DNA of 64,000 nt from Octopus sinensis (GCF_006345805.1 NC_043013.1:38936001-39000000), one strand, 5' to 3'. Shown: positions 12,397 through 25,958, counted from the stretch's first letter. Notes: generated by a model not told the origin, from the sequence alone. Numbers and translations: made by a program.

Positions 12397-13491
12397 CGAA
12401 AAATAAGAAGTAGCACTCTAACCCCTTTTAAAGTATATATAATAGGGTAAAGTGAATGAAAGATGAAATGGTGTGCTGTAGTGGTTGTAGCAGTAACCGG
12501 TGCCAGAAGTGTTAACACTTTCGGCACTGGACATGTTAACAATTAAACTTGATGAGAGTGATTGCAATAACTGTTATTGCAGCGGGGATTGGAGTAGTGA
12601 TAGGTGTAAAATAGATGAGAGTTGCTGCTGTGATAGTTTAGAGCTTTAGAAATACATCAAAACAGTTATTTTATTAAATATTAAAATTATTAAAAAATAT
12701 TCAAGAGACATAAAATCATCTTGCATTTTTTTACTATTGTTTTCTCAAATTTGAAGACTAAAATATATTTTACAAAATATATATATGTGTGTGTGTGTGT
12801 ACATATACATGTATGTACATATATATTATATATATATATATAATATATAATATATATATATATTATATATATATATACTATATATATATAATATTATATA
12901 TATACATCTATATATATGCATGTATGTATGTATGTATAAATATATATATGGATATGTAAACACACACTTGCTCACACATATATATATTTTTATCTGTAAT
13001 ATACTTATATGCATGCGTATGTGTGTATGTATATATATATCTATATATAAAACTTACTTAGATGAAGATGCGTGCTGTTCAATTATATATATAATATATA
13101 TATATTATATATATATTATATATATATGCATATATACATACGTATATGTACATACATCTAAACGCATATATACATATATATATGCATATGTAGGTACAGG
13201 ACGTCACGAAACGTGTGAAACAAAAAATACGAAGTAAACGTGCATGTAATATGACCTATGTTTTCGAAAACAAGACAAACAACAAAAAGAATGGCTATTC
13301 ATCAGTTGGCTGTTTTTCTACTCTCGTATTTCGAGTATGAGAGTAGAAAAACAGCCAACAACTGAAACGGGTCGTTCTTATGTCGTTCTTATGTCGTTTG
13401 TCTTGTTTTCCATTTGTGTCTTTCGTTGTTCGAAAAGATAGTTCATATTAAATGTATTCGTACTTCGTATTTTTATGTTGCACAAGATTCG

Positions 13492-13535
<44 letters not shown>

Positions 13536-13668
13536 GTATAGATGTATGTATGTACATATACGTATGCATATATGCATATCTATATATGTATATATATAAT
13601 ATATATATATATGTGTGTGTGTGTGTGGTGTGTGTGTGTGTGTATATGTATATATATGATATATATAC

Positions 13669-13725
<57 letters not shown>

Positions 13726-13830
13726 ATATATAACATAAATATATATATTATATATATATATATGTGCGTGGTGAGTGTGTGAGTTGGTGTGTGTGTGTGT
13801 GTTGTGTGTGGTGTGTGTGTGTGTGTGTGT

Positions 13831-13876
<46 letters not shown>

Positions 13877-14757
13877 AATAGTCTTCCAGAAAATTTTGTC
13901 TAAAATCTTTGTTGTTTTTAAAATTCTTCTTTCTTCGGATTTCCATGCATTCGACGTTTTTCTCTTCTTTTCAATACATATAAAATTGTTTTATCCATCC
14001 TATATTTTTCCATAAAATCCCTTTTTCATGAAACACTCCTTCACGATATTTCTCACTTTAAGACATAATCTTTTTCGCCATTACACCAACTGGCTTCTTC
14101 TTGGCATGACTCATTATAGCATGTAGAATAAATATGAATGTATACAAATATGAATACGTATCTGAACGTTTGTAATACATACATACACATCCATGTGTGT
14201 GTATGTGAGTGTGTGTGAGTGTGCGTGTGTGTCTTCTGAGTGCCCAAATAGATGTGCCACCAAAATTCCACTTCGAACAACAGTTGCAGTTGTAGTTATG
14301 TGATAGTCTTGTTCAAAACGGCTAAAGGTGGCTTCCCTTTGAGCCAATAGGCGTAGGTTAAAGTAAAGAGGAAAAGCAAACAACTAGGCAAGGCCTGACG
14401 AGGATATTTAATTTAATTTAATTTAATCTAATTTAACTACGTAACGAATGGTAAAAATAGTAAACAAAATAGTCTCCGACAGCTGTTTCTGGGATATCCT
14501 AGTTATTGGGCTATCGCATCGGAGAGATATAGGTTAAACAGTGGAAGAAAGTACCTCATCTATTTGTTGTGGTTCATTATTTCCAGGGGGTGGGATGGTC
14601 TAGTTAAACCCTGTTAGATCAGGTCTTCTTTTGGTAAATGCATAATCAGAAAGGATTGTTAGGTGGTACAACATGGTGAGTGGAGACATTCTAACCTTCT
14701 TTCCTTCTTTTCCTTCCTCTCACCATGTTGTATACTAAATGTGTGTGTAATATATAG

Positions 14758-14796
<39 letters not shown>

Positions 14797-15400
14797 CATA
14801 TACATATACTTTATATACATATACATATAACCCAACACAATATATATATATATATTATATATATATGCACATACATATATTATATATATGTATGTATATG
14901 TGAGTGTGTGTTTGTGTGTGTGTAGAACGTAGTGATAAGATAATCCAGTCCTTTATCTAAGGAACCACTCACGCGGATAAATGATATCTGTAAATTGCGA
15001 AAGGAGTATATCCTGCTTCAAAAATGATGTTTTGAATAAACAGAAAATCCGTCAGTTTCATTTCCGTCGTAGAGAATAAATAATAGGAAATTCAAGATTG
15101 GAATTTACAACATTAGTTTTAATTCAAGGTTGCAATTGTTACATAAATTTCAAAGTTAAGAATCTCGCAACAGCATACATAGGTTGATTATTATCAACAT
15201 ACATGTCTATAGACCTTTAGGGAAGTTAATCACCTTGGGTTTGTTGAGAAAATTATCAACTGTTAAATAAAAGTAATATCATAATATCCTTTCTTCAATT
15301 TATATGTATGCGTGTGTGACCCTTCTGTCCGAGTCAGACGCCATGATAAATCATTAGCCACTACACACACATTTTTTTGTCTCCTTGTTTTCTGTGTCCC

Positions 15401-15433
15401 TTTCTGTAGAAGAGCGTAGGCTCGAAACGTAAA
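15401..15433 (+). ncRNA. Degenerate hammerhead-like fold (core CUGUAGA)
   Basis: UUU-CUGUAGA-A-GAGC-GUAG-GCUC-GAAA-CG-U-A-AAA. Same layout as 9759, with a core mismatch at A6. Confidence 0.45.
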
Positions 15434-15551
15434 ACACTTTTTCCATTCCTGAGCGTTATACTAATACATCTGTTTGTTTTGTACACCACCTGTCTTCGTC
15501 TTTTGTTGTTTTTTTAGTAAACTCTCACCATATATATAAATATATACAGAT

Positions 15552-15650
<99 letters not shown>

Positions 15651-16142
15651 CCGTTCTGTCTGTGTGTGTGGTGTCTTCAAGGATCTCGGGTATCCTCCAT
15701 CCGATTGCGGATGTTTCAGTCATTTTGCATTGTCTCGGTAATTTAATTTTTTAACACACACACGTACACACAGATATATACATACATACATACATACATA
15801 CATTCATACATACATACATACATGCATACACACATGTTAAGATTTGGGAGAAAGCTTTGAATTCTGTGCAAAGATCATCAACTAATATTGACTACTTGAT
15901 GTCATCATACAATAGAAGTATATATATATATAAATACACACACACACATATCACACACATATATACATACATATATATGTATATACATACATACATAGAT
16001 ACATACACACACACACACCACACACACACACACACACATAATATATAGTAGGGAATATAATTCCAAACTTACAGGGAAAAATTCAATTTAGCAATTCTAA
16101 ATCAAATTTCACAATATATAATATATGTATAAAATTTATACA

Positions 16143-16178
<36 letters not shown>

Positions 16179-16205
16179 TGTATGTATGTATGTATGTATG
16201 TATAT

Positions 16206-16445
16206 GTATAAAATTTAGAGAAAAACTATTAAACAATGCAATAGTGAAAGACGTTATTCACACCATATAGAAAAAGTAAAATATAAATAGAAAACATTAT
16301 TCTAAAAATCAATACTATTTATTGTTTATGTACTCTATTGATTTTTAGAATAATGGTTTCTATAGTATATTTTTCTATAAGGTGTGAATAACGTCTTTCA
16401 CTATTGAATTGTTTAATAGAGGTTTTCTTTAAATTTTATACATAT
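16206..16445. repeat. Imperfect AT-rich palindrome with ~105-bp arms
   Basis: aatagtgaaagacgttattcacacc pairs with ggtgtgaataacgtctttcactatt, and cattattctaaaaatcaata pairs with tattgatttttagaataatg. Confidence 0.9.
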
Positions 16446-16505
16446 ACATATACATACATACATACACACACAAACACTTATATATACATATATGTATATA
16501 TATAT

Positions 16506-16587
<82 letters not shown>

Positions 16588-17185
16588 TATAAGGTAGAGG
16601 TGTTAAGCCTCTAAGCGATAGAAGTATCCAGAGACACTCCTGGTAATTACCTCCGTAAGTATGGTCCTTGTATATATATATATATATAACCCGTTTTTTC
16701 GTTTCATACCCTTTTCTTTTAGTTTCATCTATCTATCTATCTATCTGCAGCTGTTGGGTACGGCATCGAATACCTTTGTGGCGGTCTTGTTTGCACAAGC
16801 CCTTTCTCCTACAACTCTAATGTTATGGATTCGAAATAGTTTTCTAAACCTGTCCAAACGATTGAGAGATAAATAGAGAGATGACGCTAAACAAAGGGAT
16901 GTGAAGCGTTCATATATAAAAAAAAAATTAATTGTTTTGTAAACGTTTTTTGACATATTTTTCTTAATAAAACTAATAATGATAATAAATATGATGATGT
17001 TGATGATGATGATGAATCTGATAACAATAAAACCTCCATTTATTTGAGTTGTATTTTATTTTTTTATAGTCTTTGTTATCCTTACTGAAAGAAAACAATG
17101 ATTCTCTGTGTGTCAGTAGTGTGACATCGTTGAAAGTACATTTATGAATTTCGCTATTATACGCTTACTTGGGTAACAGTAATTA

Positions 17186-17268
<83 letters not shown>

Positions 17269-17424
17269 CGTGTGTGTAGATATATGTATACATATGTATA
17301 TATATGTATATATATGTGTATATATATGTATATATATGTGTATATATAGTTAATCCAAACAAGAAAGCACAAAAAACACAACAACGCGATTATTGGACGC
17401 TCAAGAAAGAAGGAAAGAAGGTGG

Positions 17425-17459
17425 GTTTAACATTTCGAGCGGAGCTCTTCGTCAGAAAC
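17425..17459 (-). ncRNA. Ultra-minimal hammerhead fold with canonical CUGACGA core
   Basis: Reverse complement reads GUUU-CUGACGA-A-GAGC-UCC-GCUC-GAAA-UG-U-U-AAAC. Confidence 0.7.
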
Positions 17460-17956
17460 AAGAAGGAACGATCCAGAGAAGGGAAGACAGAGGAAAAAAA
17501 TCGCCAACGGTATACACGCCGTCCACTTCACAACAACGTGGTTCCAGGCTCGATCCTCCGTGTATCATCTTTGGAATGTACATTTTACTATAGCTTTGGG
17601 TTGACCTATAGCTGTATGGTATTTGTTCTGCCCCAAGAGGATGATGGCTAGAGGAATTTTGTAGAAAAAAATGTTAAGCGAACGCACAATATAGAATTGA
17701 GAGTAAGACGAGAAGATCGTAAAACTAGGAAGTGATATACTTTGTGGTTGTGGTATATGGCACCTAATAACCTTGTGGTAGTCTTCTTCACACAAGCATT
17801 TTCTCCTGCAGCCTTAACCTTATTGGATTCAGGATGATTTTTTTTAACATTTCGATCCATCGGTGTTTCCAGAATGTGCTTTGCTTCCTTCATTATTTTC
17901 TTCGGTCTGCTACAAGTGGACTGTCTTTAGTTTTGGTAATATATCAATGAATGAAA

Positions 17957-18652
17957 GGCGGCGAGCTGGCAGAAACGTTAGCACGCCGGGTGAAATGCGT
18001 AGCCGTATTTCGTCTGCCGTTACGTTCTGAGTTCAAATTCCACCGAGGTCGACTTTGCCTTTCATCCTTTCGGGGTCAATAAATTAAGTACCAGTTACGC
18101 ACGGAGGTCGATATAATCGACTTCATCCGTTTGTCTGTCCTTGTTGTCACGTTCTTTCGAAATTTTATCAAATTCTTACATGAACAATATATATATTTCT
18201 TTACTACCCACAAGGGGCTAAACACAGAGGGGACAAACAAGGACAGACAAACGGATTAAGTCGATTACATCGACCCCAGTGCGTAACTGGTACTTAATTT
18301 ATCGACCCCGAAAGGATGAAAGGTAAAGTCGACCTCGGCGGAATTTGAACTAAGAACGTAGCGGCAGACGAAATACTGCTAAGCATTTCACCCGGCGCGC
18401 TAACGTTTCTGCCAGCTCGCCGCCCTATTAATAATAATATATATTTCTTTACTACCCACAAGGGGCTAAACACAAGGGAGACAAACAAGGACAGACAAAC
18501 GGATTAAATCGATTACATCGACCCCAGTGCGTAAATGGTACTTAATTTATCGACGCCGGAAGGATGAAAGGCAAAGTCGACCTCGGCAGAATTTGAACCC
18601 AGAACGTAACGGCAGGCGAAATACGGCTACGCATTTCGCCCGGCATGCTAAT
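17957..18652. mobile_element. Cluster of SINE family B: + copy 17957-18145, - copies 18196-18424 and 18443-18652
   Basis: Head ggcggcgagctggcagaaacgttagcacg..gagttcaaattcc and central domain gcctttcatcctttcggggtcgataaattaagtacc (Meta-domain-like, from memory). Confidence 0.92.
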
Positions 18653-19419
18653 GCCATGTTATTTCATTTCCATCGTCTTCTAGCGTCATGTCGCATAATA
18701 ATTATCTCATACCATTGCCATAACGTCTAATTCTCACCCGTGCAAATATCCTGCATTTAGCCTTTTAACAATTAAACCGGTCATATTCAGCCAAAATATT
18801 CTACCTGCTTTATGTTCAAACTGGTCAGATCCAGTTTTCTCACTATCACCCTACAATGTCATTCTAAAATAACAATCGCATCATCTAAATCTCGAAGCTA
18901 CAATATAACGCTGGATAAATTTAAAGCAATATGAATTAATTTGATGGCGTAAACCGTATACTAAAGGGTTAATTCTCTCACTCTTCAGAACCATGATCCT
19001 TAACATTCAAAAACTATTCTGCGCTGAGTTTGTACGAACCATACGACAGTCTATCGCAAGATCTATCCCCGATTGTTGTTAGTGGCATCCATTTTTAGCA
19101 GAGTGAAATGAAGCAACGCGGGAGAAAGTGTTTTGTTCAACAAAGTAAGAATTCGTTGCCCTTGCTTGGAATCGAAATCATTACCTTTACAATCGCGAAA
19201 CAAACATACTAACCACAAGGTTAGTGCCTTCATGTACACAGTCCTTATATATGAACATATAAATGGATGTATATACATATGTGAGAGAGAGAGAGAGAGA
19301 GAGAGAGATGAATATATAAATACGTATATAAATATACAAATATATATATATAGAGAGAGATATGAATAGCTATATAATTGAACTTTTATACACGAACGAA
19401 CGCATACACACACACACAC

Positions 19420-19456
<37 letters not shown>

Positions 19457-19949
19457 CATACACACCACACATGTTTGCCTAAGCACGCGTCTGTCCTGAC
19501 ATTGTTTACCTTCATTTTACGTTAATAGTTAATTTTGACGCAATGAAAAGACTCTTCCTATTTGTTGGGGAAAGGAGCGGTGCAATTTAGATATACAACC
19601 CGTGGTGTAGGATTACCCGTGCGACGGCTGTTTTGAATGGGGTAAATAAAATACCAACAGCCCACTCAAGATAAACACATTATTCAGTAGATATTAAGGT
19701 TTGTTGACCATCGCCGCCCAATCAATGCTGGAGCTCTGCCAACTTAAAATCTTAATTCTCCATCATACATAGGTCATCTTTGCTATTTTGAAATCAGACC
19801 GAACAGTTTACATACATACATACATACATACATCATACATACATACATACATACATACATACATAAATACATACATCAAAAAATTAAGATTCATGGCTTA
19901 TAATTAATATATAGATAGCGTGTTTATCTTTCCAGTATTCCATAAGTAA

Positions 19950-20690
19950 ATGCCCTGAGCAGTCTTTATAGAAGCCACCTAAAAAGTAAATAATTAAGTA
20001 CATGAATGAATATTAAACTGATTCTATGTAATTTTTCCTTTTTAATGTTGAACATTGATATATACACACAGGTCACCTATTTTGGTAATATCATTTTTCA
20101 TAATCTTAAATTTTATCTTTATACAACATAATATTGTTTATAAACAATCACCCATATTACCCCATGATAAAATTTCCTCTATTAACATCATAGATTTTAT
20201 TAGCGTCTAGCCCCTTTCACTGGTAATTAACATCATGATTTAGAGTCTTTCCTTATCCAGCCTCCTTTATAGACACTTACTTTATACCCAATTTACTACT
20301 CCTAATATCTTGACGATATTTATGACCATGCCTAGCCATAAGCTGTCAACTCATTCTTGCCCTTCATTCCAGACACAATCCTCTAGTCTTAGATTTAGTA
20401 GTTGATAAAAAGACAAATAAATTAGAAATGAACCACAATCATTTACAAGGTTTGGCCCAGTGTGCTTCATGCATTTCTTGGAAGTATAGTCTATTCTTCC
20501 ATCTTCTTGCTTTGTTAAAGTATTTGAGAAAAACTATATTAATGTGTCCAACTGATTAAAATTCTATTTATTTGTGCAGCTGATTATAGCCCTGCATTTT
20601 AGTTGATGTAATGATTGCATTGTTCAATTAAATGGAGCCATTTAAACGGTCGTATTGCATCACTTCTTGATATCCTATTGCTTATTTTGA
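19950..20690 (-). mobile_element. Possible degenerate Penelope-type GIY-YIG endonuclease remnant
   Basis: Broken frames resembling GDCLxNIMLYK..VYI..., adjacent to the hammerhead-family palindrome at 20.8 kb. The similarity is weak and was judged by eye. Confidence 0.25.
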
Positions 20691-20790
20691 TTTTATATAT
20701 ATATATATATATAATAAATATTAGGGAATAAATCCAAACTTACAGGGAAAAATCAGATTTAGGATTGAATCCAATTTTATAGTAAAATAT

Positions 20791-21048
20791 TATATTATAT
20801 TAAATTAGAGACAAAACCACTATTAGGCAAATCAAACAATGAAAAACTTAAGCCAATACATAATATTATTTAATTTATATTATTTAAATATATAACAAAA
20901 TTATTAAAAAAATATAATTAGTGTGATATTAATTATATTTTTTTAATAATTTTGTTATATATTTAAATATATAAATTAAATAATATTATGTATTGGCTTA
21001 AGTTTTTCATTGTTTGATTTGCCTAATAGTGGTTTTGTCTCTAATTTA

Positions 21049-21057
<9 letters not shown>
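20791..21057. repeat. Near-perfect palindrome with ~130-bp arms; same family as 1345-1430 and 2319-2390
   Basis: ttaaattagagacaaaaccactattaggcaaatcaaac pairs with gtttgatttgcctaatagtggttttgtctctaatttaa. Confidence 0.95.
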
Positions 21058-21113
<56 letters not shown>

Positions 21114-21124
21114 TATATATATGA

Positions 21125-21420
21125 TGGTCTGGCCGTCCACTTGTGACCGAGGAAGACTATTGCTGACCTTCATGACCTTTGTGCTTTCTAGGACTAACTT
21201 ATATTTTGCATTTGCGGCCCCGTTGGTGGCTAATGAGCCCTGCTCTTGACAAGCATACGCGACTGCAAACATTGCAAACCAAGCTTTCCCCATTCACTAC
21301 ATCAGCAGTTCGCTTTCGAGCAGGACACTTAAATTCTTCATGCAGAATATGTGATCTCTCAGAAGTGTCGACCCTCCTTAACCTGCTTCCTCCATCTGTG
21401 GCGATGGCAGGCATTGCTCT
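21125..21420 (-). mobile_element. 3' end of an RTE-type LINE
   Basis: CNVCSRVCLSRAGLISHQR is typical of the RTE/BovB ORF C-terminal zinc motif. Confidence 0.7.
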
Positions 21421-21512
21421 CCCATATATATATATATATATATAATATTGATAAAAACGGTAAGATAACAAAAGAAAGAAAGGGACCTCGGTATTATGTA
21501 AATAGAGGAATT

Positions 21513-21675
21513 TATCTGTAAATGTAATATGTGACAATTATTCGGTAGCCAAGATAAAACTCCGAGTTTCGGATGGCCGGATAACTGAAGAGATGGTGGC
21601 GTGGATTTCCACCTCGGCATCCGAAAATCGGAGTTTTATCTTGGCTAGCGAATAATTGTCACATTTTACATTTAC

Positions 21676-21680
<5 letters not shown>
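21513..21680. repeat. Palindrome with ~63-bp arms and a GC-richer loop containing CTGAAGA
   Basis: tatctgtaaatgtaa..gccaagataaaactccga pairs with tcggagttttatcttggc..ttacatttacagata. Confidence 0.9.
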
Positions 21681-21728
<48 letters not shown>

Positions 21729-22096
21729 CGAGCGGGCAGAACCGTTAGCACGCCGGGCGAAATGCGTAGCCGTATTTCGTCTGCCGTTACGAGAGGTGGA
21801 GGCGCAATGGCCCAGTGGTTAGGGCAGCGGACTCGCGGTTGTAGGATCGCTGTTTCGTTTCCCAGATCAGGTGTTGTGAGTATTTATTGAGCGAAAACAC
21901 CTAAAGCTCCACGAGGCTCCGGCAGGGGGGGTGGCTGTCCCTGCTGTACTCTTTCGCCACAACTTTCTCTCACTCTTTCTTCTGTTGGCCTGCTCGCTTA
22001 GCCAGCGGGGCGGCGTCGTCTGAAGGCTAAACCAATGCGAAGCGCATTGTGACCAGCGATGTGCAGCAACATCTGATAGCCTGATCGGGCACGGTG

Positions 22097-22139
<43 letters not shown>

Positions 22140-22342
22140 TATGTATACATATTCTGTTGTGTCTGGGGAGAGTCATTCTCTTTTAGTATCTTATAATTTA
22201 ACACACTCACTGGTAAAGTTTCCACTCATTTACTGATTCTTTTTCTAAAATTTTCGTTGCGTCTTGCAACCTTTTCAGTACATACATACATACATACTAC
22301 ATACATACATACATACATACATACATACACATACATACATAC

Positions 22343-22437
<95 letters not shown>

Positions 22438-22586
22438 TTACAATTGAGGATAAAATCTTTATAAGAAATTATCAGTAGTTAGCGTGAAAAACATCGTAAG
22501 TAGTTTTGACCGCATTGGTCCCTCTTAGCGTGCGGTATCTATGAATAGTAGTACTCTCAATATAATATAAATATATATATATATAT

Positions 22587-22673
<87 letters not shown>

Positions 22674-23215
22674 CACACACATACATATATGTGAAAGAGT
22701 GGGTTTAGGAAAAGAAAAAAAAGAAAATTAAAATAAAATAATGAAATCAGTGTAAATACACACTTCTTGGAATGCTTTCTTCTGAAGTTAGGTTTTGCGC
22801 CCAAAATAGAAAGGATCTTTTTTTATAAAACTTTCTGCATTGTCTGAAGCTTTCTTTCTTTCCTTTTCTTCTTTTTTTACTTCTGTAGTACAATACTTCA
22901 CGCAAACTACAACGCTCTTATACATGTGTGTGTGTGTTCTTTTATCTCTTACTTGTTTCAGTCATATGAGTGCGCCCATGCAGGAGCACAGTCTTGAAGG
23001 GTTTTAGTCGAACGAGTCGACCCCGGTGCCTTATTTTAAGCCTCGTACTTACTATCTGTTACCTTTGCCGAAGCGAATAGTGACGGGAACATAGACAAAC
23101 CAACACCGGTTGTTTAAACGATGGTGGAGAACAAAAGCAAACACAAATACACACATTGAGATATACATAGACACATACATACATAGATACATACACACAT
23201 ACATATATATATATG

Positions 23216-23267
<52 letters not shown>

Positions 23268-23503
23268 ATATATATATTATATATATATATATATATATAA
23301 ACGCATATAAATTGAATATAGAGTCTACATTTTGGTATTAAAACAGCTTCCGTCGCTAATAATTAATACATGTGTGTACGCATGCGTATATGTGTACATG
23401 TGATTGTCGGTGTATGTGTAAATATACATACATACATATACATACGTACATACATACGTACATACATACATATACATACGTACATACATACGTACATACA
23501 TAC

Positions 23504-23534
<31 letters not shown>

Positions 23535-23539
<5 letters not shown>

Positions 23540-24122
23540 TATTATAAAAACCAAGAGAGAAGATGGAGACAAGATTAATAAAAGTTTATTAATACATTGA
23601 CAAGATCAGACCTACAATTGTTTTAATTCATTACTTGTAGCATAAAAATCAACCAAATTTAATTTCATTTAACTAAATCAGTTTAGTTAATTACTACAGG
23701 CAAGAATATCTTCAGTGAAGGACGTACAAAGAAATTTATCATATTTAAAGCAATGAAAACATTAAACAGTAAAACTACAGTTTACCACTAAAGTTAAAAA
23801 TAAACATTTATAAAAATAAGGGTTTTATTTTTTTATAACTGTATCTATTTTTAACTTTAATGGTACACTGTATTTTTCCTGTTCGTTATGTTTTAAATAA
23901 GATAAATTTCTTTGTACGTCCTTCCCTGAAGACATTCTCGTTTGTAGTAATTAACTAAATTGATTTAGTTAAATTAAATTTGGTTGATTTTATGCTGCAA
24001 GTGATGAACTGAAACAACTATAAGTCTGATCTTGGTCTGGTCTGGTCTGGTCTCAATGCATTAATAAGCCTTTATTAATCTTATCTCGACCTTCTTTCTT
24101 GGTTTTTATAATATTAATAATA
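23535..24122. repeat. Long diverged palindrome with ~285-bp arms, between (TA)n tracts
   Basis: tattataaaaaccaagaga pairs with tcttggtttttataata, and gaaggacgtacaaagaaatttatc pairs with gataaatttctttgtacgtccttc. Centre is near 23820. Confidence 0.9.
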
Positions 24123-24271
24123 TATATGTATGTGCCTATATTGGAAAGGTATTCAACCAGTCTAATTTTGGATATATTTATCCCTCCAAGGTTTATACCT
24201 ACGACCTCGTGGGTACCGTTGGCGATTTTTTTTCCTCTGTCTTCTCTTCTCTGGATCTTTCCTTCTCCTAT

Positions 24272-24306
24272 GTTTCCGACGAAGAGCTCCGCTCGAAATG
24301 TTAAAC
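24272..24306 (+). ncRNA. Ultra-minimal hammerhead-like fold (U4C variant), same family as 9759 and 17425
   Basis: GUUU-CCGACGA-A-GAGC-UCC-GCUC-GAAA-UG-U-U-AAAC. Confidence 0.6.
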
Positions 24307-24477
24307 CCTCCTTCTCTCCTTCTTTCCTGAGCGTCCAATAATACTATATTTGTTCCACGTCCTCACGTTGTTGTGTTTTTTTTTTGTGCTTTCTTGTTTG
24401 GATTAACTTTATATATATATATATATATTAATAAAAATTCTCGTATCTTTCATCTTCCATCTCTCATTAGCCAAATT

Positions 24478-25749
24478 AAAGATTTCCCCTGACCCACTTC
24501 CAGTTATTGCAGGAAACGGAACTTGTACAGGTATAATCATACACGTCTCTTCATGTCATTGTAAATTGTAGCTTTCTACTGGTATTCATTTGTCTTCTAC
24601 GGCTGCTGAAGTGGACGAAGGTGTTATAATGGAGGCAATTGAATACAGATCAGTGATCAGGTTCTTATATTTGAAAGGTCGCACACCAAAAGAGACTTAG
24701 GATGAAAAAAAGTTTATGGTGACGATGTCCCATCATACGATGTAATCAAGCACTGGCATCACCAGTTCAAATGTGGGCGGACATCAGTGGAAACTGCTCC
24801 TATTCCTGGACGACCACATTGTGCCATTGATGACGACACCATCCATAAAGTGGAAGCAGCCATTTTGGAGGAATGCCACATTACTATTCGGCAACTAACC
24901 TAAGAAGTGAAGATAAGTGTAAGGTCAGTGGAAAAAATCCTTCGTGACCATTTGCATATGCGGAAGTTGTCTGTACGATGGATTCCCCGGATGCTCACAC
25001 CTTTACTGTAACTGGAACGAGTCAATTGCTCCCAGGCTCTTTTGACAATGTGCCTAGAAAACGAGGAGGGAATTTTCGGCAGACTTATCACACAGTATGT
25101 AACATGGGTCCATCACTATGATCCTCAGACTAAAACCCAGTCGAAGCAATGGAAGCATGATAACTCACCACCTCCAAAGAAGGCTCGTGTCCAACCCTCA
25201 GCAGACAAGGTGATGCTCACAGTCTCTTCGGACCAGCGCAGAGTAGTGATGACGGATTTTCTGACAAAGAGCACCACAATTAACGGGGCATATTATGCTG
25301 CAGAAATTGAGGAACACCATCGAAGCAGAGAGGCATGGCATGTTGACCAAAGGAGTCTGCCTTCTCCAAGACAATGCCCCAGTTCACAGTGCGCATGTTG
25401 CCCAGATGAAAGCACACTCCTGAGGCTATGAAATCCTTCCTTGTCCCCCTTACTCTCCCGACCTCGTATCATCTGACTGCCACCTCTTTCCAACCGTGAA
25501 GTCTCTTTTTTTTTTTAAAGGGGAAGCACTTTTCGGATGATGAAGAATTTATTTCCGAGGTAAAGCTTTGGCTCCAGATGCCTTCTTTCGACTTCTACTG
25601 ACGAGGTCTTCACAGCTGCCTAAAGCGATAGGAGAAGTGTGTGAGCATTGGTGGTGGATATGTAGAGAAGGACTAATAGTTATGCCAAGGTTCGTTAATC
25701 CCAGTCCTTGGGAAGTGGATCAGGGGAAATCTTTCATGAACACCCCTCG
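24478..25749 (+). mobile_element. Decayed mariner, same family as 61028
   Basis: ATG at 24629 (MEAIEYRSVIRFLYLKG) and WVHHYDPQTKTQS. The right TIR aagtggatcagggg...cccctcg is followed by TA; a partial left TIR gatttcccctgacccactt lies at 24481. Confidence 0.92.
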
Positions 25750-25958
25750 TAGATATGTCGATACAGCATTCAGACTTACTGCGGCTTCACACCAAGAGTG
25801 ACAACTCGTTTGTATTTTTCTGGCTGACTTGAAGCATAAACTCGATCTCGCAAATCAGATGGGTTCAGTTATTTTTTTTTAAATATAAGCCAAAGTAAAA
25901 TGTTAACAAATGTCAATATACATTATAATAATTTTATTAACAATAAACAAAGGAAAGT

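Larger units (their letters stand above)
10520..12985. repeat. Tandem duplication of a ~1.18 kb unit (2 copies plus a partial third) containing the TM exon
   Basis: tgtaaacacacacttgctcacac recurs at 10611, 11796 and 12955. ORF-track entries 10755 and 11940 are offset by 1185. Confidence 0.95.
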
